DNA of 62,986 nucleotides from Sphingorhabdus sp. (GTDB lineage Bacteria; Pseudomonadota; Alphaproteobacteria; Sphingomonadales; Sphingomonadaceae): NCBI GenBank assembly GCA_041738665.1, contig JBGSPK010000409.1, positions 1 to 62,986 of the forward strand, read 5' to 3'. Shown piece by piece: positions 57,584 to 62,986 of this stretch (position 1 is its first letter; each line of letters starts with the position of its first letter). The notes under the pieces were generated by a model. It saw only the letters and a program-made list of their open reading frames with translations, ran no database searches and was not told where the DNA came from. The position numbers and the translations under genes were made by a program.

Positions 57584-60195
57584 AATCAGGGTTCGGCCGC
57601 TGTTCTGTTGCATTTACGGCACTTTGGCCCGGCGCGCTTTTTGCGCAAGTATCGATTCCGCTACCGCAACAACCAGCGCCCCCGCCTCCAGGAGCAAGTG
57701 AAACGGCTCCGTCGGCCACTATCCCCCTGCCGGGTCCGGGTTCGCCGCCGCCAGTTTTGCCGCAAGTGCCAATGGGTCCACACGGGCGTCCGGATATTAA
57801 CCCTTACGACCGTGACATCGACATGACGGTGCCATTGACTTTTCAGAGCAGCAGCCTTGGCGATATTCCAATGCGGCTGACCGCCGATGACCGGTTCCTT
57901 TTGGAATCTGAAACCTTCCTAAAGCTGATGCGCAATGTTTTGAACGACGAAGCGCAAGTCGGGCTGGCCAACAAGCTGCAGCCATTGCCGCAATTCGGAC
58001 CTGATGACCTGAACCAGACCGGCGTTCAGCTAACTTACGACCCAAGCACCCTTGCCGTGGTGGTGGTCGAAGTTTCGCCTGAGCAACGTGCGACGAAAAA
58101 TCTATTTTCGCCCCCGCGCGACGACATCAACGATGTGACGCTTCAGCTCGCAGAGTTTTCGTCCTACATTAACATTAACGCCGTTGAGACCTATATCTGG
58201 GAAAACGAGAAGGTTGATCCACCGACGATCAATATCGATGGTGCCATCCGTTTCGGGCCGGTGGTTTTCGAGGGCGATGTCCAGTTTGGCGAGCGTTTCG
58301 GAGCGGTGCGCGACGAATATAAATTTCAACGGAATTATGCCAGACTCGTTTATGATCAGCCCGAACAATATCGTCGGTTTTTCTTGGGCGATCTTGATCC
58401 CGAAGTTCGCGGCCAGCAGTCATTTGTTTCCATGGGCGGCGTCGGCGTGTTGCGACAGCAGCGGCGGTTCAACGCTTTTCGCTCGGCTATCCTTCAGTCC
58501 AACCGTCAGTTGATTTTGCAGCGCGATTCGACCGTTCGCTTCTTGCGAAACGGTGCGCTTTATCGCGAACTAAGGCTGCAACCCGGACGTTATGATTTCA
58601 GCTCACTACCGCTCATAGCAGGCAGCAACGACATCGATATTCAGGTGACGGACAACACGGGAGCCATCCAGAATCTGTCCTATCAGCAATATCTCGACCC
58701 GATCGACCTCGACCCGGGTGATTATGAATACGGCGCTTTTTTCGGTCCCACAAGCCGAAGGTTCAGCGGGGCGCCCGATTATAAGGGGCCGCTTGCCTTT
58801 ACCGGCTTCTTCCGCAAGGCATTTATGAACCGTCCGGCCCTTGGTATCGGTATTCAAGCCAGCAAGGATGTTCAAACACTCACCGGGCAAACCCAGTTTG
58901 TGTTAGGTAATGGCGGTCGGTTGCTGTTCGACGCAGGCGCTAGCAACGCCAAAAATGTGGGGCAGGGCTTTGCGGGCGGCGTCAGTTACGAGCATTTCAT
59001 CGATCGTAAGGGACTGTCCGACAGTTTCACATTGCGTGCCGATTACATTTCGCCAAAATTTGCGACTTTGGGTAATCTCGAAGCGATCAACACGACGTCG
59101 GCGTCGGTTTCAGCACAATATACAAGGCAATTTGACCTCCGTTTGTCAGCAACCGGGACGGCGTCTTATCTTAAAGGACGCAATGGCCAAGGCGACAGCT
59201 ATCGTATTGGCGCTACGGGCTTTTATCGCCTCGATCGGAAGTGGACATTTAGGGCAGGGGCAGACTATGCGAGGTTCCCCGTCGCTGGTTCACGAGGTAG
59301 CGGGTTTAGCGTCAGCTTCGGCATTGTATTCCAGCCAGACTTTCGCCGCCGAGCAGAGGCACGGTATGAAAGCCGCGACGACTTGCAGGAAGTTTCTTAC
59401 AACCAGAGCGGTCTCAACCAACTTAGCAGCGTCGGCTTCGGCGGTTTGCTAGCGCGTCAAGGGAGCAATGTCCGGGCGCAGGGCTATGCTTCTTATGCGG
59501 CAAACCGCTTTGACGCGACCGTCAGCCATGCAAGCTTTGGCCCGTCGATCTCCGACTTCGGCGCAGTCAATGCAACATCCGTCCGCGTCGGCACCACTCT
59601 CGCCTTCGCCGATGGCATGTTAGGCATCGGTCGGCGCATCAACGACAGCTTCATGTTACTGAAACCGCACAAGAACCTCGGCAATCGCAGCGTGGTTGCT
59701 GGGCAATCGCTCGCCGAGAACAACTATATCAGCAAGAGCGGTCCGCTGGGCGCTGCGGTGAACAATTTCCTTGGCTCCTATTCGACCCAGTCGGTTCAAT
59801 ATGACGTTGAAGATCCGCCAACGGGTTATGATACCGGCCCCGGCGTGTTCCGGGTCCGGCCAGCTTACAAAAGCGGCTATGCCGCGCGCATCGGCACCGA
59901 CGCTTTCGCCAGCGCAATGGGCACATTGGAACTGGCGCCCGGAAAGCCCGTGTCGCTAATCGGCGGACGCGTAACCTTGCAGGACGTGAAGGATGGCGAA
60001 AATCCGCAACCGATTCCATTCTTCACCAACTCGATTGGCCGCTTTGCCATCGCCAACCTGCTGCCAGGTCGGCGGTATCTGGTCGAAACCTATGGCCCCA
60101 ATGGCACAATCGATAAAAGCTTCGAATTCACTGTACCCGCCGACACTGACGGCCTTATAAAACTCGGCACCGTCACCCCCGGAATGAAGAAATAG
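57580..60195 (+). CDS. Outer-membrane fimbrial usher
   Basis: 871 aa with signal peptide; LGD...GGVGV...R; LQPGRYD...LIAGSNDI; FFTNSIGRF; coupled to the chaperone. Confidence 0.88.
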   Translation: MKSGFGRCSVAFTALWPGALFAQVSIPLPQQPAPPPPGASETAPSATIPLPGPGSPPPVLPQVPMGPHGRPDINPYDRDIDMTVPLTFQSSSLGDIPMRLTADDRFLLESETFLKLMRNVLNDEAQVGLANKLQPLPQFGPDDLNQTGVQLTYDPSTLAVVVVEVSPEQRATKNLFSPPRDDINDVTLQLAEFSSYININAVETYIWENEKVDPPTINIDGAIRFGPVVFEGDVQFGERFGAVRDEYKFQRNYARLVYDQPEQYRRFFLGDLDPEVRGQQSFVSMGGVGVLRQQRRFNAFRSAILQSNRQLILQRDSTVRFLRNGALYRELRLQPGRYDFSSLPLIAGSNDIDIQVTDNTGAIQNLSYQQYLDPIDLDPGDYEYGAFFGPTSRRFSGAPDYKGPLAFTGFFRKAFMNRPALGIGIQASKDVQTLTGQTQFVLGNGGRLLFDAGASNAKNVGQGFAGGVSYEHFIDRKGLSDSFTLRADYISPKFATLGNLEAINTTSASVSAQYTRQFDLRLSATGTASYLKGRNGQGDSYRIGATGFYRLDRKWTFRAGADYARFPVAGSRGSGFSVSFGIVFQPDFRRRAEARYESRDDLQEVSYNQSGLNQLSSVGFGGLLARQGSNVRAQGYASYAANRFDATVSHASFGPSISDFGAVNATSVRVGTTLAFADGMLGIGRRINDSFMLLKPHKNLGNRSVVAGQSLAENNYISKSGPLGAAVNNFLGSYSTQSVQYDVEDPPTGYDTGPGVFRVRPAYKSGYAARIGTDAFASAMGTLELAPGKPVSLIGGRVTLQDVKDGENPQPIPFFTNSIGRFAIANLLPGRRYLVETYGPNGTIDKSFEFTVPADTDGLIKLGTVTPGMKK

Positions 60196-60204
60196 GAGAC
60201 TGAC

Positions 60205-61122
60205 ATGCTGCGACCTTTGTTGATCCTTGCCGCCATGTCGCTGACCACGCCGGTCCTCGCACAGGGGCAGAATGGACGACCTCCGCTGCAAACTACGGAC
60301 TGCCTCATCCGCGTGAATGCCTCACCGGCAAGCTGGATCATCCAGGGCTATGATCCGTTCGGTGGATCGTCGGCCGAAGGTACTTTCGGTGTGACATTTA
60401 CCAACGACGGCGGTGCGGAATGCCGTTTCAACCCGATATTCGAACTGCAGCAACCCCCATTCGGGCTTTCCAAGGGAACGGGCAAGCCGATCCGCTACGC
60501 TTTGCTTAACCTGACCGATACGCAGGATGTGACGCCGCGCGCGGGGCAGTCAAACCGTTTTTCGTCCAGTCGTGAGATGGCGCTTCGGCCGAATGAATCG
60601 CGCTCGGTTTTGTACAAGCTCGTCGCCGATACCGACGACGTTCGCGACGCAGGCACCTTTACGCAAGATGTGACACTTCAGGCGCAGGACAACCGTTTTC
60701 GCTCACTGGGCGGCACGTCGCTTGTGCTGGGTATGGCGGTGCTGCCGTCCGCGCGTATCGGGCTTGCCGGTGCCTACGCGATGAATGACGGGCAGGCCGT
60801 TGTCGATTTGGGAGAGCTGCGGCAGGGCGTCGCGCCGGTGCCGCTGCAGTTGCGCGTCAACAGCACCGGAGAATATGACATCACGGTCTCTTCAGCAAAT
60901 TCAGGACGGTTGCGTCTGGGTTCGAGCGACTGGTTCGTGCCTTATGCAATGGCAATCGGAGGGAATGCGGTCAATCTGACCGGCGCAAAAACCGTCAGCG
61001 GTCCCAACGGCATGGGTCTGCGTCGCGACTCACTGCCGATCCAGTTCGTTATTGGCGATGTGTCGGATAAGCGAGCTGGCATCTACAGCGATGTGGTATC
61101 GATATCCGTAACCGCGCGGTGA
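60205..61122 (+). CDS. Two-domain fimbrial tip/adhesin-like protein
   Basis: Signal peptide; two beta domains ending AGTFTQDVTL and AGIYSDVVSISV. Confidence 0.75.
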   Translation: MLRPLLILAAMSLTTPVLAQGQNGRPPLQTTDCLIRVNASPASWIIQGYDPFGGSSAEGTFGVTFTNDGGAECRFNPIFELQQPPFGLSKGTGKPIRYALLNLTDTQDVTPRAGQSNRFSSSREMALRPNESRSVLYKLVADTDDVRDAGTFTQDVTLQAQDNRFRSLGGTSLVLGMAVLPSARIGLAGAYAMNDGQAVVDLGELRQGVAPVPLQLRVNSTGEYDITVSSANSGRLRLGSSDWFVPYAMAIGGNAVNLTGAKTVSGPNGMGLRRDSLPIQFVIGDVSDKRAGIYSDVVSISVTAR

Positions 61123-61234
61123 TTTGGGTGAACGCAAGGCGTTAACAGCCTGTTAGGCAAACCGCGCAACCTAACTTTAGACATACTCCGCTATCCGGAA
61201 GGCAATCGAAATTGCCAATCGGAAGGAATGGCGG

Positions 61235-61648
61235 ATGATAAAGAACATTGCTATCGGGGTTGCGAGCCTCTCGCTTGCTTTGACGCCAACCGCTGCTTTT
61301 GCCGCGTCTCATAGTTTTAACCTGCGCTTGCAGGTGCCTGTATATTGCACGGTCAAGCAACAAACTATCGGATCTGGTACGGCAATTGGTAATGCATTCG
61401 CGCTCGGCACGTTTCGCGAATATTGCAATGCGCCCGGCGGCTATCAGCTTGTGGTAAATTATGCCCCCGGTTCGCTACAGGGTGCACGCATTATGGCAGG
61501 CAATGACGAGATCGTCTTGGACGGTTCCGGTCGGGCAGTGTTGAGCCGCGCAAACGGTCCAACTATCAGGGAGCGCGCCATCACGATGGCCCCTGGCTCC
61601 AAAGGATTTGATGCAGATCGGCTCGACCTCAATATCATTCCAAGCTGA
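61235..61648 (+). CDS. Small exported protein associated with the fimbrial cluster
   Basis: Signal peptide; VPVYC...EYCN Cys pair; near-CtrA site TTAA-N7-TTAG at 61142-61156. Confidence 0.7.
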   Translation: MIKNIAIGVASLSLALTPTAAFAASHSFNLRLQVPVYCTVKQQTIGSGTAIGNAFALGTFREYCNAPGGYQLVVNYAPGSLQGARIMAGNDEIVLDGSGRAVLSRANGPTIRERAITMAPGSKGFDADRLDLNIIPS

Positions 61649-61950
61649 TATTGCGGTGTAGTGATGCAATGCGTAGGCTTCTTGGTCTCTGCGTCGGTAG
61701 TGAGAACCTTTATCGTCAATGGCGGAGGAAAATTGCAACCTGTCGTGGACGTGCGACAAAACCGAGTTCCTTTGTTGCCCTGATGCGACGTTCCGCAACA
61801 AAATGATATCATTTTCAAAAATCGCACTGTCCGGCGGGTCAATTTGGTCCATCGACAACTTTTAACCGAACGACAGCATTGGGTAGATCGATCTTTAACA
61901 GCGAATGACTGAAAAGTTAGCGGGAATTTCTAGGCGCTATGAAACGCCTA

Positions 61951-62217
61951 AATGGCAGCTATTCATCTATGCACACACAGAAGCAGTCAGTCTGTTAACG
62001 GCCCAAAACTCGCCATCTGCGACTAACTAGATAAGTCTCCGGTTTCGGGGTGTGACTGGAGTGCTGTGAATGTCAGCGATGTTGTCGTGTCCGGTCAGTC
62101 CGTTTCTGTTGCATATTGTCCGTAATCGGCCCTCGGTTCAGCCGATGAACAAACGGCAGGATCCGATTGCTTGAAGATGTTGCCCGTATGACCGGAATGT
62201 TGTGGAAGCGGACGTTC
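61951..62217. repeat. Right cluster of ~32-bp imperfect palindromic repeats
   Basis: Arm AATGGCAGCT at 61951 (identical to 54544); units at 62069-62100 and 62187-62217. Confidence 0.65.
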
Positions 62218-62218
62218 G

Positions 62219-62701
62219 CTAAAGCGTTTGGAACATCACAAACGCGTCAACATAACCCTTCGCTGGATGGCAAAAGGCGCCCGGTAGCCGTCCCACAATT
62301 ACAAAACCAATCCGCTGCCAAAGACGGATCGCTCCCTCATTGGTGCTGACGACGAAATTGAATTGCATCGCCCGGTATTGCCGCGTTCGGGCATGGCCGA
62401 GTGAGTGCTCACACATCCGGCTTGCAACTCCTCGGCCAATTGCTCTCGGGCTTGTCATGTAGCCGCAGTTGCAGACGTGGCGACCGCCACCACCTTGGTT
62501 CGGCCGCATATAGTATGTTCCGACGATCCCGCCTTCTTCCTCGGCTACAAACGTCTCTTTGTCTGGACCCATCCAGTAGGCCAGCGCATCGGCATCGCAC
62601 AGGTCAGAATTGAGCGAGTAAGTAGCGCCTTCGCTAATGGTCGGCATGATGATGGCAGCGATTGCTTGTGCATCCGCAGTTTCGGCTTTTCTTATCAGCA
62701 T
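62219..62701 (-). CDS. GNAT-family N-acetyltransferase
   Basis: GTYYMRPNQ...HVCNCGY...GRGVAS...MQFNFVVSTN...LWQRIGF. Confidence 0.92.
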   Translation of the reverse strand: MLIRKAETADAQAIAAIIMPTISEGATYSLNSDLCDADALAYWMGPDKETFVAEEEGGIVGTYYMRPNQGGGGRHVCNCGYMTSPRAIGRGVASRMCEHSLGHARTRQYRAMQFNFVVSTNEGAIRLWQRIGFVIVGRLPGAFCHPAKGYVDAFVMFQTL

Positions 62702-62726
62702 TCTTGGCTCGATAGCGCATACGGCT

Positions 62727-62862
62727 CACGTCCGCTATGTTGTCGTTTCCTGAAAGTCCGCTTTGGTTGAAGTTTTGCCGATAGCCGCCCTTCATTAAGC
62801 TGATGAACGAGCGGCAGATAAGGACGGCGGAAAATTTGTACCTGTATGTCTGGAATGTTGTG
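62727..62862. repeat. Further ~32-bp repeat units, the last one truncated by an IS
   Basis: Unit at 62727-62758; half unit 62841-62862 matches 62183-62204 at 19 of 22 positions. Confidence 0.65.
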
Positions 62863-62986
62863 ATGGGGTGGACGCCCCCCGGCGGCATTTATGTGCCATG
62901 ATGGAGGTGTTGAACACCATCTAAAGGAGGCGTCCGTGTCACAACTTACTACCATTGGTCTTGATATCGCAAAGAATGTTTTTCAC
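62863..62986 (+). mobile_element. Left end of an IS110-family (IS1111-type) element
   Basis: Subterminal GTGGACGCCCC motif with an inverted copy GGAGGCGTCC overlapping the RBS; the transposase start follows. Boundary approximate. Confidence 0.8.
62936..62986 (+). CDS. IS110-family transposase N-terminus (truncated by the window end)
   Basis: AGGAGG RBS, GTG start, MSQLTTIGLDIAKNVFH (first acidic residue of the DEDD motif). Confidence 0.85.
   Translation, partial: MSQLTTIGLDIAKNVFH

Noticed and set aside
54006-62862. CRISPR array or classical integron as an explanation for the repeats
   Set aside because: Units are degenerate and irregularly spaced, there is no cas or intI gene in the window, and I found no RYYYAAC...GTTRRRY attC ends.

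Overview
Alphaproteobacterial DNA, most likely sphingomonad (inferred from gene content), in five blocks. (1) 1-10865: a 5'-truncated giant RTX/cadherin secreted protein, split by a G10 homopolymer frameshift and ending in FrpC-type self-processing-module (SPM) homologs that lack the scissile Asp, followed by an HlyC-family acyltransferase. (2) About 11.4-12.2 kb: a decayed truncated-hemoglobin gene and small ORFs. (3) 12.3-44.2 kb: a compact gammaproteobacterial-style flagellar cluster (fliC, fliEFGHIJKLMNOPQR-flhB-fliDS, fleQ, motAB, flgB-L, flgAMN, a transglycosylase, flhA and two fliA) whose CtrA box, FleQ-like boxes and sigma54/sigma28 promoters are readable from sequence. (4) 44.5-53.8 kb: a regulatory region with GGDEF, tandem-PilZ and HD-GYP genes, three paralogous winged-helix regulators, small helical-hairpin proteins, and an uncharacterised module (membrane-anchored LuxR-type HTH, helical protein, membrane protein, RadC/JAB). 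(5) 54-63 kb: a chaperone-usher fimbrial operon and a GNAT gene bracketed by a family of ~32-bp imperfect palindromes, one of which is interrupted by an IS110/IS1111 element at the window end. I saw no rRNA, tRNA or CRISPR array. All calls come from reading motifs by eye; no searches were run.
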